Source: the human T2T-CHM13v2.0 reference genome, Homo sapiens. From it: 64,000 nt of DNA. Location of the stretch: NCBI RefSeq assembly GCF_009914755.1, contig NC_060931.1; one strand, 5' to 3'. Each line of letters opens with the position of its first letter. The stretch's first letter is position 1. The position numbers and the translations under genes were made by a program. Below, piece after piece: positions 1 to 14,013 of this stretch. The notes below the pieces were generated by a model. That model was not told the origin of the DNA and made no database searches. It was given only the letters and a program-made list of their open reading frames with translations.

Positions 1-240
1 GTGGTCACAGATAAATGTAAAATATTCTTTAGGTAAAAGTGATTAGAAAAATAAAGTCAAAGTTCACAAAGCTATATCTTTTTTTATTTGTCCAGAAATA
101 CTAAAGTTTAGAAATATAAATTTCCCTATCACACAAACCTTGTGACATTTCCAATAATTTCAGATATACTTGGAGATAGTTTTCATAATTAAAATAAATG
201 AAAATATTTTAATTTCAAAATACTTAGTAAAATGTCCTGG

Positions 241-420
241 GCTTTAGAATTAAATCTTATGTGTTTGAATCCTGAATCTGTCACTTACTAATGGTGTAAC
301 ATTTTGTGACATACTCTGTAGTTCTCTGGCTCCCAGGGTTCTCTTATGCAAATAAGAATAATAATGCAAACCACACATGATATTTTAAAGATAAAGTAAG
401 AAAGTTTGAGCCAAACCATT
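241..420 (+). mobile_element. MIR SINE fragment (degraded)
   Basis: GTTTGAATCCTGAATCTGTCACTTACTA...CTCTTATGCAAATAAGAATAATAATG resembles the MIR core; boundaries approximate. Confidence 0.55.
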
Positions 421-2276
421 TTGTGAAGCTTAAGGTACATTATTTGGGGTGCTATTTTTATTATTTTTATTTACCTTTGAGTAAGTAAGAAAAGGGCCCC
501 AAGGAATTTTTCTTTCCAAAACTGTTTTTTAAAGCCTGTCTTTCTCATATAGCATCTGAGACCTCTGCTTGGTAGCTATCAACTTTTGCCATGTTATATT
601 CTGAACACAGCCTATGAAAAAATATAAAAATGTCATGAAATCCAAATCTCCCCATTTCTAACACTCCAAACTGTCTATCTTTGTTTTACTCTGCATTGTA
701 TATTTTTAAAATAGATAGTAGGAAGCAATGGCCATTCTGGCTTGCTGCAGTCAGAGCTGTACTGTAAGGGGTAGATACGTAAAACACCCATCCCTCAGAG
801 GCCAATGCAAGGGAGCCCTGAAGATTAGCCTTGGCCTTGAGGTTTTCTCCAAGCAAACATCTTATCAGGCCAATGGAAGACAAAATGTGCACTTACATTA
901 AAAAAAAAAAAAGAAAAAAGGAAAAGTTTACTCTGGATTTAACTTTAAACCCAGGAATGTGTGATGGTATGCTATAAATTGTCTTTAAGGTGGGAACATC
1001 GAAAGTCAAACTTCTAAGTACCTGAAAGAAAAATTTGAAGCTTCTTGTTCTTTTGAGTGTCAAGTGACCAGATATGTGTACCACGTCTATGGAACTTAAT
1101 GATATAGGTTGTCTACCCTTTAATATTTATGATGTTATCTAAAGGCTGTATATACTTGACATTTCCAGGGCCAATTTTTGGAAATGGTCTTAACCCAGCT
1201 TCTAAATTTGCAAACACAAACTATTTGGGCAAATACTTCTGGTGGTTAGATAACAATGCAGTGTTTGAGAATATTATTTGATGCACATAATTTTAGAGAA
1301 TGTGCTGGAAGAAGGTAAAGTAGGCTCCCCACTACACACAAATAAAACTTTTAAAAACCTTAAAGTTCAGTCATATCCACAAAGTTTTTATCTAAAAAAT
1401 GAAAAGGAATGACAGAATTTAGGAATAGCTTATTAAACACATCAGATGACCTCAAATATTCACTTAACATCATCATCATTTGAAAGTACCTTCCTAAATA
1501 AAGACAGGTAGCATATCATTATCTGTTTTATTCCTGGGGATTTGACTCCCTCATCTCGTCTTTCCCATTATAGATAATTACTAAAACACCAAACACTAAT
1601 CAAGAGATCTATGGGGATCAAATAAGTAGGAAAGGATTCTCTCTTCCTCCCAGGTACTTGAATGGGGGACTAGGGGGAATAATTTTCTATGGTCTAACTG
1701 GTCAATGTACTATTCATGTTTTTCAGTGCATTCATTTGAACATCAGCTTAATACAGTCACCATGCCTAAATTCTAGTAATAAAATCAATACAAAATGGAA
1801 TTTTCTAAACTGCGTTTAATTTAATTGTGATTTTCCTTTATTTGTATCTTAAAAAAATCTTTTCAAAGCTCTATGAGTGGTCTGCCCAAAGTGTAAGTGC
1901 CTGATTGATTGACAGATTATTTTACAACTAGTACTTATTATTCCTTTCTATTAAGAGCTGAGTGGCTTTTAAAGTAAAAACATTAGGGTGAAAAAAAGGT
2001 CTTTGATTCATTTATTTTAAACAGAAAATTGGAGAGAAAAAAGTTATAAAGTTGGTGATTTTGACAGTATGTGCATTTCTTGCATAATATATTAATTGAC
2101 AGTCATAAATTGTAATGGGTAGACCCACAATGCAAAATGGAAAAGGTAAAAATGTATAGAATAATCTGAACGGTATTATGTGGGTAATGATTGACCTCAG
2201 TTCATATGTGGGTATTTAAATAAAAAACTAAAATGAAAGGTATGTGGAGATTTTGACTCCAGTACATACTTTATGA

Positions 2277-2600
<324 letters not shown>

Positions 2601-3689
2601 TAAATGTTATATCGCTGCATGTAGCAAACTCTCCACAAACATGAAATAATACCCATGGCCAAATTGAGCCAATCGACAAGAATAGGAAGTCAATAAGCAC
2701 AGCTGAGTATTATTTATTTTTTAGTGTCATTCAAAGAGTTACTTTTAAACTCATGCTGTGAGTGTCGTTTATATGCGTTTTGGGGATTTGTGATTAAATT
2801 TAGCCTGGAGAGACCGATTTAGAACTCCAGATTTAGATGATACTGCTGTGCTCTTAAAATTGACTAAGAGAAGTTGTTGAATATTTGGCCTAGAAAGCAA
2901 AGCATGTTGCATAAAGGGAGACCAGAGCACTGAGGCAGCATTGCAAGAGGCAAAACCAGAAGGAATCCACACTTGAGTTCAGCACACATGGGAGAAAAGG
3001 ACTGAATAAATTATGCATCTGAACCAAAATCAGGTTGATGAATGAAAGAGAGTTACTGATGAACAAAAGCGAGTGCTCAAATCACATCAGTCCATTACCA
3101 AGCAAGGGTTGGGGAAAGAGACTCATCTTAGGAAATAGATGTTTAAATTATGATTCCAGGCTTGGTTTTTAAGCAGTAGAACCCATTTGGAGTAAGCAAT
3201 TCCTGACTGCTATGCTGCCTGGCCACTCTTCCTTTGCTCAGTGTCTGCCAAGCAAACCTTTTGGGGCATTCATCTATTCTAGATCCCAGCCACCTTGCGA
3301 CATGCCGTCATTGTTCTATCTACACTTGTATTTGTTTTTGATGCCTCCTGCTCCCCCTGTGCTTATCCCTTCTTTTTCTTCTAAGGCATCTTGCCTGCTC
3401 ATATTCCTATTTAGCTCTTCTTGTCAAAACTGCATTCAACCCTTATTCTGGCTTCTGTGATGATCATTTCATTGTGTGTGTTTGTTTGTTTTGAAAAATC
3501 ACCTTAGTAGAATTTGCCAGGATTGGCATACATCCACTTGTTAGGAAAATTTTTTCCAATAATTTTGCATACAATTCTAAGATAGTCTTTTAGAAGTGTT
3601 ATGCTTTCCTTTTTAGTGATTTTGTATGTTTAGAAAGAAATTAATAAAAAGACAGTTAAGAAATAAAAGGAAGGAAATTGTGGACCAAC

Positions 3690-4280
3690 TGGGACTATTG
3701 TCCATTGTTGGTAGAACAAATACTTTGAACATGGTACCACTACTTTGGAAAATTGTCCAATATTTTTTAATAAAGTTAAATCTATGCTTATCCTATGGAA
3801 GAACAACTCCATTCCTGGGTACATACCCTAAAGGAATATAGGAAAGTGTTCCTGTACACTAAAAAAATATTTTACAAGAACATTTATAAAAGCTGTACTC
3901 ATCATAGGCAAAAAACTGGCAACAACCTAAATGTCCACCAATGTGATAATGAATAAACAAATGAGAAATACATATAACAATATGGATGAATCTCAAATTA
4001 ATTATATTTACTGAAAGAAGCCAGACATAAATGAGCACACAATGTATATTTCCATTCATGTGAAGTTCAGGAATAGGGAAAACTAATCAATGGTGATAAA
4101 AGACAAAATATAGCCTATTCTTAGAGAGGGACTATTATCTGGAAAGAGGTATGAAGGAACTTTCTGAGGTATGGAAATACACTAGTCTTGCTATAAGTGA
4201 TGGTTACTGAAGTGTAAACATTTATTAAAATGTTTCAAGCTATACATTTAAAGTTTATGCATCTCAATGTATTAAAAGAA
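3690..4280 (+). mobile_element. Old L1M (L1MC/ME-like) ORF2 end and 3' UTR
   Basis: ACTCCATTCCTGGGTACATACCC, AAACTGGCAACAACCTAAATGTCCA, ATGGATGAATCTCAAA, GAAAGAAGCCAGAC motifs typical of L1M 3' ends. Confidence 0.8.
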
Positions 4281-4309
4281 GAAAGGAAAGAATAAAGGAA
4301 GATACCATG

Positions 4310-4480
4310 AAAAGAACACAGACTTGAAAACAAGACATTCCTGGATTCAGAATCTAGCTCTCAGTTAACAATTCTGTGATTTCGAGGAAGTTATTTAATC
4401 TCTTTGAACCTTAGTTTTCTCATCTATAAAATGTAGAACTATCACCTACCTCATAGGTATGTTAAACCGATTATTTAATA
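4310..4480 (+). mobile_element. MIR SINE
   Basis: GGAAGTTATTTAATCTCTTTGAACCTTAGTTTTTCTCATCTATAAAATG is the MIR core. Confidence 0.8.
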
Positions 4481-4984
4481 GTAGCAAATCAATAAATATT
4501 AATTCATTTCCTGTCCCTTTTCTTCCTGTTTTGACTAATTATTAGCAGTGGTATGATTTCTGGCTAATATTCTTTCCACCATGCCACAAAATACAATTGA
4601 ATGCACATTAAAGTTTGAAGTTCACACCTCTAGAAATGCTAATCAACATGACTCTGATAAATTATGCACTAAATAAATCTATTTAGAAGTGTTTGAAATG
4701 ACATCTCCCAATCTTATTGGATCAAAGCACTGCTCCCAGAAACATATATTTTGGTGGGGAGACAGAGGAACTATTATCCCACCACAGGATTTTTTTCTAA
4801 AGAAACACTTTGCGAAACAGATAAACAGAAATAGCATGTCTTCCCAGTTCTGAAAAAAAAAATACACTGGGGGAGCCCCTGACACAGCCCAAAAATATTG
4901 AGTTCAGGGTGAGTCTGCATATAGCTGTAATTCTCAAAGCATATGTGCTTGGATAAATAATGTAAGTCATTCTTAAATGTGAGT

Positions 4985-5385
4985 GAAGGGCATACCAGAA
5001 TCACTTCATGAGCTTTGTAAAAATACATATTAACATACCAATCAGCTTCTTCTATGGAGAAACATAATATAGATAGCAATATAATCTGTAGGAACTTTTG
5101 AAAATACAGCCCCTGGCTCCCATCCCATATTCTGTGCATCCTAGAAGATATCATCTAGTATTTACAAGATGCACCCTCCACACAGGTGAGAACCACTGGT
5201 TTAAATATTAATAAATGCTTCCTAACTCAGATTGCACATTAGTATTACCGAGGCTTTAAAACACCAATTTGCAAAGCCCACTTTTAAAGACCAGTTTAAT
5301 TGGTCTGAGGTTAGATTTGGCCATCAGCATGCTTTAACGCTTCCCAGGTGATTCTAATATGCACCATGAGTTGAGAACCACGGGT
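4985..5385. mobile_element. MER5-family hAT-Charlie MITEs (probably two adjacent copies)
   Basis: CCCAGGTGATTCTAATATGCACCATGAGTTGAGAACCAC and GGTGAGAACCACTGG termini; CAGAATCAC motif. Confidence 0.65.
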
Positions 5386-6370
5386 CTAAGGAAAAGAACA
5401 GTTAATATTTTCATGACCCCATTGCCAAAACCGCCCATCATTTTGCTCTTCAGTAAAAAATAAAGTCACTTTGGAAATAATATTGGTTTCAGAATGTCTG
5501 TGTTGAAATTTTTTGTTCAGAGGGCCTCTCTTTATAAGGAGTACCAGTGAACATCAAAGTGATATTTCAGACAGCAGAAGACAGTGAACCGGTTGAGAAT
5601 TGCTGCTCCAAGTCATTAGGATAATATGAGGATCTGGGCAGTTTGCACACTGCCCTCCATCCATATTCATTCAGAGCTTTAATACTATTACATACAAGCA
5701 ATTTGTAGACATCTGGGTTTAGAAAAACCTCTAAAAGGATTTTTTTTCATTGTCTTTAAAAATAATCATTTTATAATTTAACTTCATTTGAACAATTTTT
5801 AAGTAAGTGCAGTTATCAGAGAACTAGTTTTTCCCAAGTTACCTAATTCAGACTAAGTAAAGGTCAGAACAAGGCTTTTAAAAATAAGCATTATTTGTCT
5901 TTCTGAGAAAAAGTCTAACAAAGATGTTTTCAAAGCTTCTATCATCTAATACCTTTAAGACTTTATTTCAATATTTATTATAAATCAAAACTGGTATTCA
6001 ATTAAATGCTTTCAAATTTGTACATAGTAAATGATTTTTTAAATTAGAAATACCTTATCTAAAGTGTACCTTTTTGAGGGCATATTTCTTGTTTACTTGA
6101 CCGTGTTGTATATAAATATCCAACATTTTTAGCATTTGGAAATAAACTTATAGGCAGAAAGTTTCATAAAGGAAATATCTATTTACTTAAAATGTACCAA
6201 TGTTATCTAATGGGGTAAAAGAAGCTTAAGTAAGTCTTCTGTGAGATGACTTACTGTGATTTTATCAAAACAGCCTTCCAAATTCTGTGGGCATAAACAC
6301 ACTGGAAATCTAGACATTAGTATGCTTTGCATAGAAGAAGTATGTCTTTCCCTGGCTTAACTGGATTATT

Positions 6371-6402
6371 AACACACACACAAACACACACACACACATA
6401 CA
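6371..6402. repeat. Imperfect (CA)n microsatellite
   Basis: Direct reading of the sequence. Confidence 0.85.
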
Positions 6403-9400
6403 CGTCTAATTGTCAAATGATAGGTAATAAATGCTTATTGAAGTATGTAATACAGGATTTTTTTAAGTAATAGGGAATGTAATTTGGGATACTCAACTCC
6501 TTTTTAATGGAAAGAATTATAATATTGCTATTGATAGAACTTTTATAGACCTTGCCTTATATAATTTAAACAGTGCTGGTCACTAAACCTTTGCAAGGTT
6601 TAATTGCTATGCAGTGGAACAGTATGGAGCAATTATATGAATGATACCAGATCTCAATGCTTAAGTTATGAGAAAATATGGGGAAAGTTGAGCAAGTTCT
6701 CTGTGGAAAAGAAAAGACTTCATGTAACCCAATTGAAGTTTTAAAAATTATAAGGTGGATTGATAAAATTGATCCAAGCAAACTCTTTATGCTTCAAGAC
6801 CAGAGAAGTGAGTAGATAGGATCTGAAAATTAGAAAGTTGGAACAAGGAAAAAAGAAAGCAAAACTCTTTTACACAAAGGATAATAAGCATATGGAATAA
6901 ATTACTATAAAGGGCCCCTGAAGCAAGGAGTATCATTGAATACAGGAGGGAATGAAATGAATTTCTAAATGAAAAGGGAAGATAGGGAAGAACAGGAAGA
7001 AAATAGGCTAATGGAAATAAGGGAAACTTTAAAAAGCAAGTATGATGAGCAGAGAAACCTTTCACTGGGGTCTCTTCTTTCTGATAGTGCTGTTAAATGG
7101 CTTTTGGCATAGCCTGTAATCTAAAATAATGTCATAGCGTGGTGCTCCATGCTGTCACATTTAACCAAATGCTACATGGCACTTAACATTCTTCTATCTT
7201 CAGGGATGTCTAAATACAAATCTATGTAATATAATTCTACTTAGCAAATAGGTGATTTGGGAACACTGCCCACCTTTGTGACCAATGGAGTTGAACTTTT
7301 CTATGGATGTTGCATATTCAAATAATTTTTCCTTAGTCTGTTGCTTTAAAAAATAAATCAAGAATTGCCCATAAGCACCTATAATCTAGTGCATGTCTTA
7401 ATAATAGATGAGATGATTTTCAATAGGACATGCAGAAAATATGAAGGCATATTAACCATTTGTAAACTGTTCATAATGGGACTGATTGTCTTTCCTTGAG
7501 TGCATTGTCTTCTGTTACATTTGAAAAGAACCCCTGCCTTCTTCGCTGGAAGCATGAATCTTTTTTTAGGAAAGAGTGCTGAGGCTGAATTCAGGATTTC
7601 AAGTGATGGATGATTTGAAACATTAATATGTAAGGTATTGCTAGCTAATTATTCAGCAGTTACTGCAGCAACTTAGATGGGGAATAGGTTACCTTTGGGA
7701 GAGAGTATTCTGCTTTTAAGTCATGCAAACTAAAGTATTACTAGAAATTGTATAGTACATGTTACTGCTAACTCTTTCCCCAAAAATATAGAAACATATA
7801 TTTTTTGTCTAAAATATAAAGTACTTAACATAGGCATAATCATCAAATTAGAAAATATCTAATATACAAGGAAGAGAGTTTTCTTTAATTTAGGCTTAAT
7901 CATGCATTTTAAATATTTCTTTTATAGGTATAGATTTTTCCAGACATGTGGACAGGATCGGAATATAAGCAAAAAATAACCAGAGGACATGAGCAGGGCA
8001 ATGTTTTATTAATGACTAAACCAGAACTTCATGAACTGCTCAATCATATGGGAGCATTTTCAGATGAAAATGTTCATCAATAACACATCAAGACCATTAT
8101 CAAAATTTGTCGGCCTGGATGTCTGATTTTGAGATTTTTGCCACACATGAAACCTGTCCACTGTTCACAAGCAAGATTATTGTAAAGGAAATCAATCGTA
8201 GATCATAGTTTGCCAAAATGCCTAAAGAAGGTTATAGTTTTAAGATATAGTTTAAAGTGGCATAATGAACCTATCCAGAGATGTAGAATTAGCTTGACAG
8301 ATCAGATGGGCTCCACACAATTCCTAGATGTGGATGCGGATTCTCTAAACTGTAAGAGTGATTGGTAGCTGGAATGGAGAGAAAAGAAGGTCTAAACATA
8401 TAGCTCATCAGTTCAGAAAAGAGTTGAAAAAATTATGAAGCTGATATCACCAGTCCCTTTGTTTCCAGCTCTCACCTCAACTCAAGCCAAGCCAAAGAAA
8501 GGCATTGCTAAATAATTATGGCATCATTTCCCACTGAATTAACAATCCTTCTTAAACCTGCCCTCCCAGGAGATCCTCACAGTCTATTGGGTTTTGCACT
8601 GGAGATGAAACCTACTTAACAATCTTTGCTCAGATGTAAATTCAGAATGGATCTGAAGAAAAATGTTTGTGCAAAAGTATTTGGGCAACTTTGAGCAATG
8701 GAACAAACCACTTTCCTGTGCTAATGTATTTTCTTTCTGATCCATTTTGTAATAAATAATCAAGATGGGGAGGGAAGATTGTGAGTGTCAAAGAGCACCA
8801 AAAGTTAGTTAGGACACATTTATCTTGTGGAGACATAATCTCAGAATGGATTCTTTTTTTCCCCCTTTGGGGCTTTTTGGCTTTATTTTCTGAAAAGTTA
8901 GATATAGATTGATAGACAAGTAGGTAGCTGGGTGGACAAATGGGTGCATAAAAAGATAATAGCACTCATTTATTTGGTTGGCAATGCTTTGAGACATTTT
9001 ATTTTGGAAGCTGATTGTGTCTTATAGAAATACATAGACAACAATAACATAGAGAAACATTTGTCCTGTGTTTAAATGTTAGTGGCACAAGATTTACAGT
9101 GTATAGTTAAAGCAACACATACCAGTATTTGTGGATGCTGAGATTAATTTTCAATATGCAGTCTCCCTTGGGATATTTATATTCTTCCAATCAGCATGGA
9201 ACTGTCCATCAAAACTAACACTATAAATTTTTTTTAATTTGGCACTGCAAATATTTCAGGGCTTTCTTTAAAGAGCTCTAGACAGATTAGCAATCTTCCT
9301 GTAAAAATGACCTCTGTCATTTTTCCTAGTGCTGGCTAGTTATTTCAATGCAATTGAATTCAGAGGAGGAGAGGGGTTCCCCTCTTATTCTCCCTCTCTT

Positions 9401-9719
9401 TTTTTAGACAATTTTAGAAACATTTGTTTAGGCATAGAGATTATGGCTATTTCAAGAAAGTACTGACATTTACTTTAGAATGCAACATGCATTGTGATTT
9501 AAAGTTTATTTCTAATTAGATGAGAGCAAAATAAATAGTTTCCAAAAGGGAAATATTTTTTTTTCACAAATTGCTCCCATCATTTTTGAACCCTGCAAAG
9601 CATTTTTACTAGATATATACCCTTAGCTCATCTTTTGCATGCTAACAATTTAATCTGAATACCAATATAGACACAAAATAAATGATTGTTTCCTGCCAGA
9701 GGTATCTGCAGAAGAAATC

Positions 9720-10300
9720 TTGGAGTAAAACATTGTCTTTGCAGCTCATTGTGTCTCTAATTAGAGTGGAAGGAGGCAGAAGCTTGCTGGTGTCAGTCTG
9801 TGTTTAGCATGCCCTGGAGCCTCAAACTCCTGTGGGTATCAAAGTGCACTAATTAAATGAGGGGTCCACAATACGGCACTAAACATCAGAGTGCGAGAAA
9901 GAGTCCAGTGTCCTCAGTGCCTTTGAGAATCGGTGGCCCACGCTAATTACCCATTGTTGAATTGACTTTCCATTCTGTGAGGAATGAATGGTTCAACTCT
10001 CCCTCCTCCCTCCACCCCTCCCCCTTTCTATTTTACCATCTTTGCTTTGGCCGCCTAATTAATCTTATGGAAATCTCCTGAAGCCAGATTCCAGCAAGGT
10101 TGCCCCGATGTTTATAATTTGATTTGTGATGATAAAAGTAAAGGCACCCGGTGATGGAACAGTGTCATTTTCAACACTCTCGAGAATCCAAGAGGCTATC
10201 AATCTTTCCCACGTGCACCGCAAACTGATATCCTAGAAAATTAACTTCAATTAATAACAGAAATCCCTAGGCACACCGGAAAGTGGAGCTGCCTTGAAAG
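9720..10300. promoter_or_regulatory. Candidate conserved non-coding element / developmental enhancer
   Basis: Four CTAATTA (9757, 9849, 9943, 10055), three CATTGT SOX cores (9731, 9747, 9952), E-box CACGTG (10210), 11 CpGs in ~400 bp in otherwise CpG-depleted, non-repetitive DNA. Confidence 0.55.
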
Positions 10301-10381
10301 AGAACCTTCAAAGATGTCTCTGGACTGTCTTTTATATGCAGACCTTTTTTATATAAGAGATTCTCAATGAGGAAATGGTGC

Positions 10382-10397
10382 ATATATATATATATAC

Positions 10398-10448
<51 letters not shown>
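10382..10448. repeat. Compound (TA)n(TG)22 microsatellite
   Basis: TA run followed by uninterrupted TG from 10405 to 10448. Confidence 0.97.
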
Positions 10449-10452
<4 letters not shown>

Positions 10453-13400
10453 TCTTTTTCTCCCCCAATACTAATTTCAGGGAGGTATGGTATCATTCAT
10501 ATCTAGTGTAGAAAGAATTTACCTGAAGTTCTCTGGTTTTAATATCAATACAACACTGTCTTTAAACTCCAACATTTGGTGTATTTTTTTCTTTTGATTT
10601 GGTAAGCAATGCCATTTTAAACATCGTTTGCAAAGTTTTTCCCTCATCCATGAAGACTTTATATGGGCAATCAACATTTTAATTTCAGTAAAAAAGGATA
10701 TATGTATGTACAAACATGTATAACCTGATAAAACTCACCGAAATTTATGATAGGAAAGTTTAATAAAACCTTTTTGATATATTAATAGTTAGATTGGGTA
10801 AGGAATAAAAAAGCTCTTCTCCATATAATTTAATATCAAATAGTATTTGATTCAAAATAAGTCTACTCCGTATGTCTAATTATATGCTCCAATTGTAGAT
10901 TATGCATTTTTGAAAAATGAAGGCAATTATTCTTCGGCAGCACAATTTCAGTTTATTGATTAAGAGATTTAAAACACTTATAACATTTTATCATAACTGG
11001 AGTGAATGCACTATCCAGAATAATCCCATAGATAAATGCTGCATTCCCTCTCTACCTCCCCTCCCTTAACTCTGTCTCCTTCTTCTGCTTCTTTCTCTAC
11101 TTATATTTCTACTTCTTTTATTTCTTCTTGTTAAAAGCCTTTAGGTTATTAAAACATAATTCTTAGTATATTAAATGAAATATAATTCTTACCAATTAAT
11201 AGTGAGCATCCGTGGACACTTTATTCAACTCATTAATGAGAGAAACAGCAGGATGGCAAAGCTTGTTCAAAAAGGGGTTGAGGGACTGGGCTTGTATACA
11301 ACCACGGGAACAGAATGGTGGAATATGTTCATGAAATTGCAAAATTGATTAAAGCTATCCATCAGTGAACATATAACCATTAGAGTTACACTTTCTATGG
11401 ACATAAGAGAAAATTACCCACACCTTAGTTTCCTAAAAGCTCTCTTTGAATGCTCCAGAGTTGTTAAAATGCCTGAGCCCTGGTCAAGGGTGAATTCTAA
11501 ATAAAACAAAGTTACATTCCCAGAGAGAGGCAAATGACCCTCAGCCTCAGGCAACCTTGTCAGATAATTCTCTAGCATTTTATTTAAAAAACACAATTAT
11601 TTTTCTGTTTTATTTCCAAAGGTTTGTATGATTCTCTTTGACAAGGTGAATACACTGTCCATTTTTACAATTAAAATGGATGACTTTAAAAGTCAAAAGC
11701 AGAAGGACATGAGGACTCTAAATTGAACCAAAAAGCATTTAGAGCCTTGGTTTAGTAGCTACATTGGGTAAGTCTGTAGAATTTCAAAATCTCATTAGAA
11801 TTGCTACTACATGATAGAATTCACTTGGTACCATTTCTTGTTCTTTAAATTCTTATCAGTGGGCAAGATTTTAGGATTGTTCATGGAATCCATGAATTGT
11901 GTTATTATATGGTAGTACTGTGACCATTTATGTATGCTGTATTTTGATTGGCTGAAATTTTATTTCTACCCTTGACAGCTAGGACCACTTGTTAAGAAGA
12001 GTGAAATTGTGATCCAATTAAATCCCCAGATATATAAGTAGGCAAATTAGATGTTATCATATAAATTTTCACTTCTATTTTAAAATTAGTATTCTGAGAT
12101 CTCTAGCAAGTAATTACAAATTACTTTTGCAAAAGGAAAAAAGTAGTATCAGCCTTAATGTTTTTAATTCCATGTATTAATATTCAGTCCCTTAGGTTAT
12201 AGCTGAAAGCTGAGTTAGGTATCAGAATTGAACACTTTTTATGTTTTCATAAAAAATCATATCTATCAGATGTCTAGAAATTCTTTGACTAAGAGTGATA
12301 TTTTTTAATTTACTTATGTTGTTGACAGCATGTATAACACCAGCAACAATGTTTTTCAGATTCAAGAAAAACCTTGACTTCTTAAAAAATACAAGTCTTG
12401 TTTTAAAGATATTATTTTATCTAAATAGATAAACACATTATTTCTAACACATTTTATTGTATGTAATTCAATTATAAAACAGTTTAATCTTATTCTATAT
12501 GGGATGCTATTAATTACAAATGGGATATTTTTCCCGATGAAGTGAACATTTTCTTATTATGACTGACTTTAATAAAATGGAAAGAACCAAGAGGATAAAC
12601 CAGAAGTATCATGTTGTTTCACAAATACTATTAACTTGATGATGCAAAATTTGTTCATGGACACCCTTACAGAAAAAGACAATGAAATATTAGCATCAAA
12701 TATTTATTGTTATGATTAATACATACTTTACCTGAGCGATTGTATTGTGAACGTCTAATGGTAGTCTAAATTATCAAAGTATTACACAAAACATCAAAAA
12801 TGTGAGAACCAAAATTCAAAAGTCAAAGGAATGTTTGCTCTAGGTGCTATCACATCATGCAACATGGCTATCACATGCTAAAAAGAAAAACCTGCCTAGG
12901 TACATGGTCATATTTTTAAAAATGTCTTCACAATGCTACTTCTTAAGTCATCTAGGGTTCATTTTTTTTTTAAGATAGATGTTTGAAGCTTCACTCCCCC
13001 AAAGCCAATTGTAAGTAGGCTATGTATTTTTACCAAATTACCGAAAAACCCATTAATTCAGTTTTTGCAGAACTATGTAAAAATCCTAGTGTACTGCATA
13101 GGGTTGCATTATTTTGCTGTACCTACCAGTTAGTACTAAAAGGATCATTTCCAGATCCAGTGGGTTTCCTATCTTGCCAGCACTGGGTTACCTCCACAGA
13201 GCATTATTAGCTCTCATCTTAGAAATTGTTTAACACATTTCATGTTAAATAAAAAGGAGCTGGATGATGTAATAAATGTTTTATATTCAATAAGATAATC
13301 ATCATATTTCATACATTCATTCTTAGAGAGTGCCTGTTTCCATCCTTCAGAAATGACCTGCAAGAAGCCTAGCAATAATGTTAACTCTATATGGGCTTTA

Positions 13401-14013
13401 TTCTTTGCTCAGTTAATCACACATTCAATTTACCTATCTTCCTGCCCATGTGCATTATAATGCAAATCAATTCAAGTAGAGATGTGAGAGCTTAGGAAGC
13501 CTGGCCTGGCGAGCAAGCTTCCTTTATTTCTTGCCTTAAAGCTAGCCAAGCTCTGAGATGAAGATGAGCTTAATTAGAATTATAGAAGGATTTAAAAGTC
13601 AGTTAAAAAAAAAATAGGAAACTATTCAAACTGAATATTCAATTCGCAACAAAGTAGAAGAAAGCCTTAGCTCCCTGTGTCTAAACATCTCAAACCTCAT
13701 AGGGTCAGAGGACAGTCTTTAAGGGAAAGCAGTTCATGGAATCCACGGCAGTCCTTACTCAGAAAGAAAAGTACTGAACAAGTCCACATTATTTATGATA
13801 TGGCAGTCAGGCCAGTAAACAGGCGGCCTCTTTCACCTCTCTTGAGGTTCTAGTCCTATTCCCTTCTGCTCAAATGTGAAACACCATGCTACAGGCTCTA
13901 CAGGCCCAGGAGGCTCAGGAGATACAAGTTTAAGAGCTGCAGAGACCACAGTTCTTAGAGCTATCTAAAGAAAACAACTTCTAATCTAACAACGCCGAAC
14001 TTTACCCAAATCC

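Noticed and set aside
798-878. Two AGGCCAATG (CCAAT-box-like) motifs about 68 bp apart
   Set aside because: No CpG island or other promoter context; compatible with chance.
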